Shown piece by piece: positions 22,238 through 32,812 of a stretch of DNA of 64,000 bases. Every line of letters starts with the position of its first letter. The stretch's first letter is position 1. Below the pieces are notes generated by a model. That model saw only the letters and a list, made by a program, of their open reading frames with translations. It did not search any database and was not told the DNA's origin. Position numbers and translations under genes: made by a program. The DNA is from Aulosira sp. ZfuVER01 (GTDB lineage: Bacteria; Cyanobacteriota; Cyanobacteriia; Cyanobacteriales; Nostocaceae), in the NCBI GenBank assembly GCA_034530615.2, contig JAVRCV020000053.1, forward strand, positions 1 through 64,000, read 5' to 3'.

Positions 22238-22375
22238 CAAAGCTAGCGCTTTAGCGGTCTACCATTGTATCAACAGCGCTATTGACATCGACCCGAAACA
22301 AATCGTACGGCTGTCTACTCCAGTACTGGTTGGTTAGCGTTTATCCTGTGAGTTTTGCGTAAACGAATTAGCAAA

Positions 22376-22945
22376 TTAACGAGGATCGATCGCAGGCTTG
22401 GTTGCAACTAAACGAACTTGATTTTGCTTGACTACCACCGTTATCAGTGGCAGAGAACGCTTGGCCGGGCCATGAGTGACTCGACCCATAGAATCGTATT
22501 GAGATCCGTGACAAGGACAAATAAAGTGGTTTTTCTCGTTATTCCACTCAACTGTACAACCTAAATGGGTGCAAATCGGACTGATGGCATACTCAGCAAT
22601 TTGTGGCCCGTCTTTAATGATGAGATAATCGACGCTATCATTTGGCAATCCCTTAACAGGAATGGGAATTCCAGGAGTGGCAGTTGCTAATAGGGTATTA
22701 ACCTGAATTGCCTTACCTTGAGTATCTTGTGCCTCAACTCCTGGAAGATAATTTTGACAACGCGAATTGTGTGGATAAAACGAGCAAAGGGTTTCTAAAT
22801 CTACCTCACGACTCTGGCTCGATTTGGGAAACAGATATGCGATCGCTACTGAGGTGAGGCTACTACCGACGATATAGATTAAGAAAGTCCGCCGCGTTTT
22901 TTTCCCAACTGGAATTTTGTCATTACCAAAAGGAGATTCTTCCAT
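22376..22945 (-). CDS. petC: Rieske 2Fe-2S protein, PetC paralog
   Basis: CTHLGC and CPCHGS boxes, RRTFL Tat-type anchor, GPAKRSL. Confidence 0.8.
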   Translation of the reverse strand: MEESPFGNDKIPVGKKTRRTFLIYIVGSSLTSVAIAYLFPKSSQSREVDLETLCSFYPHNSRCQNYLPGVEAQDTQGKAIQVNTLLATATPGIPIPVKGLPNDSVDYLIIKDGPQIAEYAISPICTHLGCTVEWNNEKNHFICPCHGSQYDSMGRVTHGPAKRSLPLITVVVKQNQVRLVATKPAIDPR

Positions 22946-23334
22946 AATGAGAAAAAATTTTTAAATAAGGTTAAATATATTGTGTATTTTGTGTGAGGAA
23001 TTGAAGAAATAAGACGCTTATTTTAACAAATTTACATAAATATTCATGCTAAATATAGATAATTAGGATAAATTTTTTGCAATAATTTTTAGTTCTTTAC
23101 TTTAGCTTTAATCACAATATATAAAGACATACTTTTAAAAATATAAAACTCCGATCCTGTTGTTTTATGCTACTAATCCATTGATGGTGTGGGATGAGGA
23201 TCTAACATTAAATCCACTTTAAACTCATGCTGATTGAAGAGCCATTTGTATTAATTACTGAGGCGAATTTGTTGACGATCGGCAATTAATATAGATTGAT
23301 GCCGATCGCACACCCAATTTAACTTTGTGAAGAA

Positions 23335-23496
23335 TTATTTCCTAGCAATTACCCATACTGCGTGAACAACCCCCAGAATATAGAAACCAAAAATCGTCAA
23401 AAGTAAATTAATCCAAAAATCTTTACCAATACCTACTTGCAAAAATACTCCCAGAGGTGGCAAAAAAATTGCAGCCAGAATCCGAACTAAATCCAT
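23335..23496 (-). CDS. YqaE/Pmp3 (UPF0057) family small membrane protein, absent from ORF track
   Basis: Manual translation MDLVRILAAIFLPPLGVFLQVGIGKDFWINLLLTIFGFYILGVVHAVWVIARK; AGGAGG RBS. Confidence 0.92.
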   Translation of the reverse strand: MDLVRILAAIFLPPLGVFLQVGIGKDFWINLLLTIFGFYILGVVHAVWVIARK

Positions 23497-23622
23497 GTAA
23501 ACCTCCTGCTAATTTTATATTTCACTGAGTTGCAACTGCTCAGTCATCTTTTAATATCTCAAAGATAACATTAGCCGATTGCCTCAGTGCTGCTCTTAAT
23601 TCTAGGCAAATCTAGCTAGTGG

Positions 23623-23964
23623 CTAACCGCCACTGATTTTGGCTTTATAACCAAGCTTGGTCAAAATTTCGACAATTTTCTGCTTATGATCGCCTTGAAT
23701 TTCAATCTCATTTTCCTTAACTGTGCCACCTGTACCACACTGGGTTTTTAGCTGTTTTACCAAATCAGCCAAGGTTTCCGGTTTGGACTGAAAACCACTA
23801 ATTACGGTAACAGTTTTACCTTTACGTCCTTTGCGGCTAGCTTGTACTTTAAGATTTTGCTGTTGTGGTGGTAGTTCAGAAATTGGTCTTTCTAAAGCAG
23901 GTGAGTTATCGTTGCCAAATTCGCGATAGACGAAGCGTTTGTCGGAAGAATTGGAAGAAGACAT
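23623..23964 (-). CDS. Translation initiation factor SUI1/YciH family
   Basis: RKGRKGKTVTVI, LKTQCGTGGTVK, IEIQGDH. Confidence 0.92.
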   Translation of the reverse strand: MSSSNSSDKRFVYREFGNDNSPALERPISELPPQQQNLKVQASRKGRKGKTVTVISGFQSKPETLADLVKQLKTQCGTGGTVKENEIEIQGDHKQKIVEILTKLGYKAKISGG

Positions 23965-23995
23965 AAACTTTAATAAAGAGTCAAGGGTCAAGATT

Positions 23996-24037
23996 AGCCA
24001 GTCCTCTGAGGGGGTTTCCCGTTGAATTAACTGGCGT
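23996..24037. repeat. Small dispersed repeat cassette inserted in a degenerate STRR
   Basis: AGCCAGT...GGGGGTTTCCC...ACTGGCGT, similar to 22078-22119. Confidence 0.65.
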
Positions 24038-24157
24038 TCAAAAGTCCAATTGGTTGGGGATTTAAGAGTAAACGCCTAGATTTTGCGATCGCACATCGTA
24101 TCCTATACGGCTCAGACTTTTCTATAATTAAGTTCGTCCCGTCATAGAAATTAGTCC

Positions 24158-25399
24158 GTGACTACCACACCCATCTCTCCAAGTTCCCCATCTACTGCTC
24201 AGGTTCCCGATACACAAGGACGCTTTGGACGCTTTGGCGGTAAGTACGTCCCGGAAACATTGATGCCTGCGCTTGCTGAACTAGAAACAGCTTATCAGCA
24301 ATATCGCAACGACCCGGAATTTCTCACAGAACTGCAACAACTGCTACGAGATTATGTAGGACGTGCTACGCCTTTGTATTTTGCGGAACGTCTGACTGCT
24401 CACTATGCTCGCCCAGATGGTACTGGCCCGCAAATTTATTTAAAACGGGAAGACTTAAACCACACTGGCGCTCACAAAATTAATAATGCCCTTGGTCAAG
24501 TGTTGTTGGCAAAGCGCATGGGCAAGCAGCGGATTATTGCCGAAACTGGTGCTGGACAACATGGAGTAGCTACAGCCACAGTGTGCGCTCGTTTTGGGCT
24601 GGAATGCATAATTTATATGGGTGTTCACGATATGGAACGCCAAGCTTTGAATGTGTTCCGAATGAAATTAATGGGGGCAGAAGTGCGTCCAGTAGCTGCG
24701 GGTACGGGAACTCTCAAGGATGCAACTTCTGAGGCTATCCGAGATTGGGTAACGAATGTGGAAACAACCCACTACATCCTGGGTTCGGTAGCTGGGCCTC
24801 ACCCTTACCCAATGATGGTACGTGATTTCCATGCAGTGATTGGACAAGAAACTCGCGCCCAAGCCCAAGAAAAATGGGGCGGTTTGCCGGATATTCTCAT
24901 GGCTTGTGTGGGTGGTGGTTCCAATGCAATGGGGTTATTCTATGAGTTTATCAACGAGCCGTCTGTGCGTTTAATTGGAATTGAGGCGGCGGGAGAAGGC
25001 GTTAATACCAATAAACACGCTGCTACCTTGACAAAAGGACAGGTTGGTGTGTTGCATGGAGCGATGAGCTATCTGCTGCAAGATCAAGATGGGCAAGTAA
25101 TTGAGGCACACTCAATTAGTGCCGGGTTAGATTATCCTGGTGTCGGCCCAGAACACAGCTATTTGAAAGATACTACTCGCGCTGAGTATTACAGTGTGAC
25201 AGATGCCGAGGCTTTAGCGGCATTCCAAAGATTGTCACGCTTAGAAGGAATTATCCCAGCATTGGAAACATCCCATGCGATCGCCTACTTAGAAACCCTC
25301 TGTCCTCAACTTACTGACAGTCCCCGCATTGTAATTAATTGCTCTGGACGCGGTGATAAGGATGTACAAACTGTAGCTAAGTTTTTAAATCCTGCGTAG
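24158..25399 (+). CDS. trpB: Tryptophan synthase beta chain
   Basis: [19 protein letters not shown]-lysine motif, [15 protein letters not shown]. Confidence 0.98.
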   Translation: MTTTPISPSSPSTAQVPDTQGRFGRFGGKYVPETLMPALAELETAYQQYRNDPEFLTELQQLLRDYVGRATPLYFAERLTAHYARPDGTGPQIYLKREDLNHTGAHKINNALGQVLLAKRMGKQRIIAETGAGQHGVATATVCARFGLECIIYMGVHDMERQALNVFRMKLMGAEVRPVAAGTGTLKDATSEAIRDWVTNVETTHYILGSVAGPHPYPMMVRDFHAVIGQETRAQAQEKWGGLPDILMACVGGGSNAMGLFYEFINEPSVRLIGIEAAGEGVNTNKHAATLTKGQVGVLHGAMSYLLQDQDGQVIEAHSISAGLDYPGVGPEHSYLKDTTRAEYYSVTDAEALAAFQRLSRLEGIIPALETSHAIAYLETLCPQLTDSPRIVINCSGRGDKDVQTVAKFLNPA

Positions 25400-25495
25400 T
25401 TGCTTAAACTGGGCATTGGAGATTGACTATTTTCTTCTTCCAATTCCCAGAACTTTCTGGAATAATTGCGATCGCTCAATGTAATTGATAACTTA

Positions 25496-25628
25496 TACCA
25501 GTTCAAATAATATTGGCGACAGATAAATTCTTTTTTGGGGCACGGCAACCACAATTTTTTGGCATATCAAATTATCTCACTGGTGCTGTGCCCCTACTCA
25601 TCTGTCGCATTCTTTTTTCAAAATGCTG
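25496..25628. mobile_element. Degenerate TACCA-family MITE-like element
   Basis: TTA flanks; right end ATCTGTCGCATTCTTTTTT matches the reverse complement of the left end of 29761; internal GGGGCAC...GTGCCCC. Confidence 0.6.
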
Positions 25629-26094
25629 TTATTTATACTTACGTGTTTTAAAAATAACTTGTAATGATTTTAGTACTTTCAACTAGGGGTAGATGAAATT
25701 ACTGAGGCTTTAGGCTAATTACCAATAACTTTTAATTAAAATCATCAAGTAATTAAGTTTTTAGAGAAATACTTAGTAACATCACTGGCATATACATTTA
25801 TGTATGCCAATTTTTTTAATTAAAAATGTAGTTAACGTGACATTTGTCTAGGGGATACTACATTATCTTTTTTAAAGATTCAAAGAATTTTTATATTAGG
25901 AGGACAAGCAAACATATATTGAGAGCAACTGAATCTGTCCTAGTATTTAATCTTGGAGGTGATTACATATATTTACTGTAAAGTATTTGCAAAAGTTTTC
26001 TAAGTTCATCAACCCTTAATAGTATCCTAGTATTTCTTCTCAGAAGAATACGGTAGAGTAGAAGTCTTATAACTCTATACATTAAGTAATTTCC

Positions 26095-26643
26095 ATGTTC
26101 CGACAAACTGCTTTTGGCATAGCTTTAAGTACGCTTGTCCTTGCCAGTGGATTAACAACTGTTCCTATCCCAGGTCACAGTTCCACAAGCAAACCTAGTC
26201 ATAATAAACCGTTATCGATTCCTTCAAATCAGGTTGCAGCATCAACTACTGCTTTTAACACTACTGCTCTAGAAAAATCAGTTTTTGACAAGATTAATCG
26301 ATATCGTGTTTCTAAGGGTTTGTCAAAGTTGAGCATCAATGCAACTATCACTAGGCAGGCAAGAATTCATAGTCAAAACATGGCTAAGGGAAAAGTTCCA
26401 TTTAGCCATCAGGGATTTAAACAGCGCGTAACTTCTCTCCCAATTATCTACAATAGTGCTGGAGAAAATGTTGCTTTTAACCAAGGATATAGCGATCCCG
26501 CATCACAAGCTGTTATTGGTTGGCTGAATAGTCCTGGTCATTTAAAAAACATCAAAGGAAAGTATAACCTCACAGGAATTGGTGTTGCTGCCAATCAACA
26601 AGGTGAAGTATACCTCACGCAAATTTTCTTGCAGACAAACTAG
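26095..26643 (+). CDS. CAP/SCP domain secreted protein
   Basis: ARIHSQNMA, FSH, GENVA, WLNSPGHLKNI; signal peptide. Confidence 0.92.
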   Translation: MFRQTAFGIALSTLVLASGLTTVPIPGHSSTSKPSHNKPLSIPSNQVAASTTAFNTTALEKSVFDKINRYRVSKGLSKLSINATITRQARIHSQNMAKGKVPFSHQGFKQRVTSLPIIYNSAGENVAFNQGYSDPASQAVIGWLNSPGHLKNIKGKYNLTGIGVAANQQGEVYLTQIFLQTN

Positions 26644-26696
26644 TACTGCCGTGAATTCAAAATTTAACATGAATAAGGCCTAACCGCCACGCTGTA
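26644..26696. mobile_element. Short CTAG-flanked MITE-like element
   Basis: CTAG-TAC...GCTGTA-CTAG. Confidence 0.6.
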
Positions 26697-26883
26697 CTAG
26701 ATTTAAGAGGTGATTCTTTGGATGCAATATGCGGTTGAATGCCCAAATTTTGTACCCTGACAAAAAAATCTGTATTCCCCGCGATTAAAAATGGCTAGAA
26801 TTTCTGATTTTTTTGCACAATAATAATGTAGTGTCTAATAGAACCTGCTTCTGTTGGACACTGCATTTATTCTTGAGTGATTC

Positions 26884-27513
26884 ATGACATTACAAGATTT
26901 TCAGGTAAGCGATCGCGACCTTAGTGATGCTGCACTGTCCCAATATATAGAATCAGAGGCGATCGCTGTTGATACAGAAACAATGGGATTGTTACCACAG
27001 CGCGATCGGCTTTGTCTCATCCAACTATGCAATCAAGAGGGTCAAGTCACTGCAATTCGCATCGCTAAAGGGCAAACCGAAGCACCAAACTTAAAAAAAC
27101 TTTTGGAAGCAGTAAATGTCTTGAAAGTATTTCACTTTGCACGTTTTGACGTTGCTACCTTGCGTTACAACCTAGGAATTAACGTTCAGCCAATTTTTTG
27201 TACCAAAATAGCTAGTAAGTTAGCTCGTACTTACACCAATCGTCACGGATTAAAAGATGTCGTACAAGAGTTGGAAAAAGTAGAGCTAGATAAAACCTCT
27301 CAATGCTCTGATTGGGGTAATGCTGATAATTTATCTGTGGAACAGCTAAGTTATGCTGCTAACGATGTTCGCTATTTACTCAGCGTGCAACAAAAGTTGA
27401 TTGCCATGCTAAAAAGAGAAGAACGTTGGCAAATTGCTCAAGAATGTTTTCAAGTTTTGCCAACAATTGTCTCCTTAGACTTACTGCAATTTAAGGATTT
27501 ATTTGAACACTAA
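26884..27513 (+). CDS. rnd: RNase D-like 3'-5' exonuclease
   Basis: AVDTET, RLCLIQL, FHFARFD, YAANDV (DEDDy motifs). Confidence 0.88.
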   Translation: MTLQDFQVSDRDLSDAALSQYIESEAIAVDTETMGLLPQRDRLCLIQLCNQEGQVTAIRIAKGQTEAPNLKKLLEAVNVLKVFHFARFDVATLRYNLGINVQPIFCTKIASKLARTYTNRHGLKDVVQELEKVELDKTSQCSDWGNADNLSVEQLSYAANDVRYLLSVQQKLIAMLKREERWQIAQECFQVLPTIVSLDLLQFKDLFEH

Positions 27514-27531
27514 TAGTTAGTCCTAAAGCAG

Positions 27532-27584
27532 AGTCATGAGTCATGAATTCTCAACTCATAATTTAATAATTCATGACTCATGAC
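27532..27584. terminator. STRR-derived inverted repeat between convergent genes
   Basis: AGTCATGAGTCATGAATT...AATTCATGACTCATGACT. Confidence 0.6.
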
Positions 27585-27594
27585 TAAGATGAAG

Positions 27595-28050
27595 TTATAC
27601 TTCTTTCTTCTGGGTTTCTACGTGTTCTTGCATCCGAGACACAACATTATAGTCCCCAGCACTGGGAGGAGTTAGTGCTTCAATACTACCTTCTGTCGGC
27701 CCGCCAATTGCTTTCCATGCCGCAAGACCACCTTTGAGTTGAGACACATGCTCAAACCCAGCAGAACCAAGGGATTGTACAGCTTGGGCACTTTCATTGT
27801 CGCTAGCGCCGTAAATGTAAATATCACGGCTTTTATCTAGAGAAGATGTAGCACGGTTTACCAATTCATCGATGGGCATTGGCATAGCGCCCATAATGTG
27901 ACCTTCATTATAGGTCTGGCGATCGCGTACATCTAGTATTGTGAAAGCTGGTTCGCCCCATTCTAAACGAGCTTTAAGTACATGAACATCAGATTGGGGT
28001 TCTATGGGTGGTTGTTGAGGAATGATATTATCTACTAGTTTGTTAGTCAT
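27595..28050 (-). CDS. Rhodanese-like domain protein
   Basis: ILDVR, YNEGHIMGA, LKGGLAAW; no catalytic Cys. Confidence 0.9.
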   Translation of the reverse strand: MTNKLVDNIIPQQPPIEPQSDVHVLKARLEWGEPAFTILDVRDRQTYNEGHIMGAMPMPIDELVNRATSSLDKSRDIYIYGASDNESAQAVQSLGSAGFEHVSQLKGGLAAWKAIGGPTEGSIEALTPPSAGDYNVVSRMQEHVETQKKEV

Positions 28051-28156
28051 AACTATCTCTTGCTGATTACATTAACAGCAATTTATCGAAAAATATAGTT
28101 TTGTTTGCTCTTTCCCTGGTATGAAGATTCTCAAACTCTCTCTTGGGATAGACTAG

Positions 28157-28302
28157 TACCGCAAAGCAAAATTCAAAATTCGTCTTGGAAAGTTTGCTCA
28201 ACGGGGGGAACCCCCGCACGCAACTTTCCGCAAAATTTAAAATGCTGATAGCGTCAGGGTTTCATAGATTTAGAATCGCTAGTTTATTGACGCTATGCTT
28301 TA
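28157..28302. mobile_element. CTAG-flanked MITE-like element carrying a nested 50-bp cassette (28181-28230)
   Basis: CTAG at 28153-56 and 28303-06; starts TACC, ends GCTTTA; CAAAATT heptamers. Confidence 0.7.
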
Positions 28303-28992
28303 CTAGTGCGAGTTCCAATATCATTTTTTAAATTGTAATATTAAATACTTTATATTCCTAACTCTTGTTATTTAAACTGATAATTAAGATGTTTAATTTG
28401 CAAATAGACAAACAGGAGATAGATAGAGCTATCGGAATTAATTCCTAAAAGACTTGCGTAGTATGCTTCGTGCAGTGCTATAGGCAGGGAACAGCAAAGA
28501 AGGGAGGTAGAAATGTACTGAATTGTTTCAAAAATAAAGTATGAGTCTGATAAGGATATTAAGTTTTTAATTTTTGTTGTGAGCCTTGATAAATAGAGAG
28601 GTTAAGTTATGAAACGAAGATTGATTCTAGCGATAATTTTAATTTACGGGTAATTTTCAATAACTCAGTAAACGTGGAATAATGTCATATTTAATACTGA
28701 GATATTAGCTCCATATTCAAGGATAATTGTCTAGGCACAAATTTTCCCAGTCAAAGCTTCCAGAGCTTTTATGAGAAATTCAGTATAGCTAAGTTATACA
28801 CTACCTATGTCTGATGAGCAGCAACAACTTTAAAATAATCATGAGGTTTATATATCAGCAGGTGAGGTAAAGGTGGAGATACTCTTGTGTAAAGCAAAGC
28901 TCGAAAAGCATACACAGAAGCGATCAAAGTAGTTTCTTGCAAAGTAGCGATCGCATAGCGAATCGCCACATAAATAATTAGGCTAGAAAGTT

Positions 28993-29709
28993 ATGGTGAT
29001 GGTTCCCGCTACTAATCCCAAAATTCTTGTTGTAGATGACGACTACGGCGTCCGCAATCTTATCTATCGCTTTTTAAGCCGAAGATATCACCTAGAATCT
29101 GCGGCAGATGGAAAGACGGCGCTGAATTTATTTGAGCAATTCAATCCAGATTTAGTAATTTTGGATTGGAATTTGCCAGACACTACTGGCTATAGCCTCT
29201 GTCAAGAAATGCAGCGTCGTACTAATGTGTTAGTGATGATACTGACTAGCCGGACTGAGGAAGCCGATAAAATCAAGATTATATCCGCTGGTGCTGATGA
29301 TTTTATAACAAAGCCTTTTAGTCTAGCGGAAGTAGAACTGAGAATCCAAGCTCTTTTGCGGCGTGTCCGCACGATCAATCCTTCAACTACACAACGTCTT
29401 GTCTTCCACCAGCTAGCAATTAACCCTGATGGTAGAGAGGTGACACTAAACGATAAACCTCTATCATTAACTGCTTTAGAATTTAACATTTTACATTTTT
29501 TAGCCAGCCATCCAGGTCAAGCGTGGAGTCGTCCGCAGCTCATACAAAAAATTTGGGGTTGTGACTATGTTGGCGATGGACGAGTAGTTGATGTGCATAT
29601 TGGTCAGCTACGCAAAAAGATGGAAGCGGATACCAATGTGCCGGAGTATATTAAAACTGTTCGGGGCTATGGTTATAAGTTTGAGCCACCAGAAAACGGC
29701 ACAGTTTAA
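28993..29709 (+). CDS. OmpR-family response regulator
   Basis: LVVDDD, ILDWNLP, GADDFITKPF, winged helix VDVHIGQLRKK, TVRGYGY. Confidence 0.95.
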   Translation: MVMVPATNPKILVVDDDYGVRNLIYRFLSRRYHLESAADGKTALNLFEQFNPDLVILDWNLPDTTGYSLCQEMQRRTNVLVMILTSRTEEADKIKIISAGADDFITKPFSLAEVELRIQALLRRVRTINPSTTQRLVFHQLAINPDGREVTLNDKPLSLTALEFNILHFLASHPGQAWSRPQLIQKIWGCDYVGDGRVVDVHIGQLRKKMEADTNVPEYIKTVRGYGYKFEPPENGTV

Positions 29710-29760
29710 GTGATAGAGGTTGTTAAATACTCAGAATCAGGTAACTTTAACTACTAATAA

Positions 29761-29910
29761 TACCAATTTAAAAAAAGAATGCGACAGATACACAGTCCCA
29801 AAGCATTGTCCTGTTTGGATTCTTAATTTTGAATTTTGCGGAAAGTTGCGTGGGCGGGTCTCCCGACTTGAGCAAACTTTCCAAGACGAATTTTGAATTT
29901 TGAATTAGTA
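29761..29910. mobile_element. TACCA-family MITE-like element with nested 50-bp cassette (29839-29888)
   Basis: TACCAATT...AATTAGTA flanked by TAA/TAA. Confidence 0.8.
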
Positions 29911-30000
29911 TAAGTATTGTTTCCTTCACAAAACGACATATTTAGGTAAAATTAGGTAAAGCAATTTTTGCACCTAATAACCCAAGGCATCAGCAAACCC

Positions 30001-31071
30001 ATGCAGCTGAAATTCAGTGCATCTCGTCTTCCCATTGCTCCCCTACTACTAATTGCCCCCTTTTTCTTGTGGGGTACGGCAATGGTGGCAATGAAAGGAG
30101 TGATACCCCACACTACACCATTATTTATGGCAGGAGTGCGTTTGCTACCAGCTGGGGTGTTAATTCTGATAGCCGCCGCATTGATGGGTAGACCTCAACC
30201 TAAGGGATGGGGTGCGTGGCTATGGATTTCCTTATTTGCCTTGGTGGATGGAACGCTTTTTCAAGGCTTTTTGGCAGAAGGATTAGTCAGAACTAGCGCC
30301 GGGTTGGGATCTGTGATGATTGATTCTCAACCCTTGGCTGTAGCTTTGTTTTCCTTGTGGCTATTTCAGGAACGGATTGGTTTTTGGGGATGGTTAGGAC
30401 TAGGATTAGGGGTTTCTGGCATCAGTTTAATTGGCTTACCCGATGAGTTAATTTTTCAGGCTCTCGGTTCTGGTGTAGATATCAGTATTGGCAACTGGCA
30501 ACAGTTATTTGCTAGTGGTGAGTGGTTAATGCTGTTAGCAGCGTTATCAATGGCGGTAGGAACAGTATTGATTCGGTTTGTCTGCCGATATGCCGATCCG
30601 GTAGCAGCTACGGGATGGCACATGATTATCGGCGGATTGCCATTATGGGGAATGTCATCAGTTGTAGAATCCCAACAATGGCAGAATCTTGTTGCATCCG
30701 ATTGGCTGGCTTTGGGTTATGCCACAATATTTGGCAGTGCGATCGCTTATGGATTATTTTTCTACTTTGCTTCTAGCGGTAATCTCACCAGTCTCAGTTC
30801 TCTCACCTTCCTAACACCAGTTTTTGCCCTACTATTTGGTAATCTCTTCCTTTCAGAAGTTCTCAGTCCGTTGCAATGGATTGGTGTTTGCCTAACTTTA
30901 ATTAGTATCTATCTCATCAATCAGCGCGATAACTTAGCAGCAAACAAAACTGTGACTGTAAGTGAAACCAGTAGTACAAATCAGCAACCTATTTTAGAAG
31001 CATCTACTGCGAAGAAGGTAAATAGTGTAACTTTATCTGTGAGAGAATCAGAGCCAGAAGTTTTACCCTAA
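30001..31071 (+). CDS. DMT/EamA family transporter
   Basis: About ten hydrophobic helices in two EamA repeats (LWG...TPLFMAGVR). Confidence 0.9.
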   Translation: MQLKFSASRLPIAPLLLIAPFFLWGTAMVAMKGVIPHTTPLFMAGVRLLPAGVLILIAAALMGRPQPKGWGAWLWISLFALVDGTLFQGFLAEGLVRTSAGLGSVMIDSQPLAVALFSLWLFQERIGFWGWLGLGLGVSGISLIGLPDELIFQALGSGVDISIGNWQQLFASGEWLMLLAALSMAVGTVLIRFVCRYADPVAATGWHMIIGGLPLWGMSSVVESQQWQNLVASDWLALGYATIFGSAIAYGLFFYFASSGNLTSLSSLTFLTPVFALLFGNLFLSEVLSPLQWIGVCLTLISIYLINQRDNLAANKTVTVSETSSTNQQPILEASTAKKVNSVTLSVRESEPEVLP

Positions 31072-31582
31072 AGTAAGTAGACCTTCGGGAAAATCAACTA
31101 CTAATCTTGGGGTAAACAGCCAAGGTAATCCCAGAAGTAATTCTGCAATTTCATCTCCTACAATTACGGGAATATGAAATTCTTGATTATCTAAACTAAC
31201 TGTATCAGTGTAAATATTAAACTGGGCTTCTCCCAGTGCGGTCAGGCGTGTTTCTCCACTGTCCACAAGCTCTTATCCAAGTGAAAGAGCATCTTGAGTA
31301 TTGATTGCTAACCAGTCAGTGATACCAATTCAAAATTCAAAATTCGTCTTGGAAAGTTTGCTCAAGTCGGGAGACCCGCCCACGCAACTTTCCGCAAAAT
31401 TCAAAATTAAGAAATTGAGACTCAGCAAAGGTTCCAGGGTTTGCGTCTGCATCATATTTTTGGTGAAATGGTATGAAACCTGTATCGAGTAGTGCATCAA
31501 CTGTGATAATTAGACCATCGGATGCTATGAGGTCGATTTCAAAAATCAACTCGCCTTGGTTACTAAATTTTCCTTGAATCAA
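31063..31582 (-). pseudogene. Clan AA aspartic protease pseudogene interrupted by a MITE and a nonsense codon
   Basis: Removing 31323-31476 rejoins LLDTGF-TDWLAIN; in-frame TAA at LG*ELV; C-terminal LLGLPWL motif. Confidence 0.85.
31323..31473. mobile_element. TACCA-family MITE-like element with nested 50-bp cassette (31345-31394)
   Basis: TACCAATT...AAATGGTA flanked by TGA at 31320-22 and 31474-76. Confidence 0.88.
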
Positions 31583-31588
31583 GTTATT

Positions 31589-31969
31589 TTACGATGCTCC
31601 TGTGGCAGTTAAGTTGAAGATACAAATTAGTCTAGCAGGATGTTTTTGTCTTGCTTACTGTTGAGCTAAAGTCTTATCGGGATTGAGAAAATAATCGCCG
31701 CTATCGGGTTCAATAGCAACATACCAACCAGAGTAACTATTGATTAATTCAGAATGTAAGCGCTCGTATATTTGACGCGCACGTTTGATATATCCTGGGT
31801 TAGCTAATTTTGGTGATAATTGATTTGTATATTGCCTAATTCCTGCCCAAGGACGAGCCGATAGGGAATGTTCTTTAGGCTGCTGTTGATTTTTGATCGC
31901 AGAAGATTCCTCTGTAACTGATGGCACTTTGTTCTCTATTGGTAGACCTTCACTATGAACATTGCTCAT
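31589..31969 (-). pseudogene. Small partner gene of the aspartic protease, probably truncated by a premature stop
   Basis: YSGWYVAIEPDSGDYF motif; the frame continues past TAA at 31655-57 as ARQKHPARLICIFNLTATGAS up to the protease start. Confidence 0.6.
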
Positions 31970-32005
31970 TATTTTTGCTGAGGAAGAATTGGGATTGTTG
32001 ATATT

Positions 32006-32812
32006 TTAGCCCCTGGCACCTGTGATATATGCAGCCGTTAGAGGATGTTGGGGAGATTCAAAAATTTGGGCTACTGTTCCCGACTCAATTAGTTGACCAA
32101 CACCATCCTGAACCCAAAACAAGGCTACCCGATCGGCAATTCGCTTGGCTTGTGCAAGGTTATGGGTGACAATCAGCAAAGTATAACGCCCCCGCAAGCT
32201 AGTAATTAAATCTTCAACTACACCACTAGAAATTGGATCAAGGGCACTACAAGGTTCATCTAATAGTAAAACTTCTGGTTGCAAACCTAAAGCTCTGGCT
32301 ATACACAAACGCTGTTGTTGTCCGCCGGAAAGAGCTAAAGCAGAAGTCTGCAATCGGTCTTTGACTTCATCCCACAATCCTACATCGGTGAGGGTTGTCT
32401 CGACGATCGCATCTATTTGTTCGCGGTTTTTGATCCCATGTTCTCGCAAAGGTAATTCTAGATTCTTCCAAATAGATAAAGGAAAGGGATTCGGCTTTTG
32501 GAAGATCATGCCAACTTTGCGCCGCAGTGCGATCGCATCTATCTTGGTATTGAGTACATCTAAAGTACCTATTTGAATTCGCCCCTTTACCCGACACTGA
32601 GGAATTAAATCAGTTAAGCGATTGAGACAACTGAGAAAACTGGTTTTCCCACAACCTGAAGGGCCAACTAAAGCGGCGATTTCCCCTGCATTGATGCTGA
32701 GATTGACGTTTTCAAAGGCCGTTTTTTGCCCGTATTGTAAGGTCAAGTTCTCTGTTTGAATCAATGGTTGAACAGTTTCAGTAGCAGTGGGATAGAATTC
32801 TGGCTGTGTCAT
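32006..32812 (-). CDS. pstB: Phosphate ABC transporter ATP-binding protein
   Basis: [40 protein letters not shown]. Confidence 0.92.
   Translation of the reverse strand: MTQPEFYPTATETVQPLIQTENLTLQYGQKTAFENVNLSINAGEIAALVGPSGCGKTSFLSCLNRLTDLIPQCRVKGRIQIGTLDVLNTKIDAIALRRKVGMIFQKPNPFPLSIWKNLELPLREHGIKNREQIDAIVETTLTDVGLWDEVKDRLQTSALALSGGQQQRLCIARALGLQPEVLLLDEPCSALDPISSGVVEDLITSLRGRYTLLIVTHNLAQAKRIADRVALFWVQDGVGQLIESGTVAQIFESPQHPLTAAYITGARG

Noticed and set aside
22072..22254. 60-aa ORF
   Set aside because: Made entirely of nested repeat elements
31301..31582. ORFs 31301-31492 and 31337-31582 as independent genes
   Set aside because: Explained by the MITE insertion into the protease pseudogene
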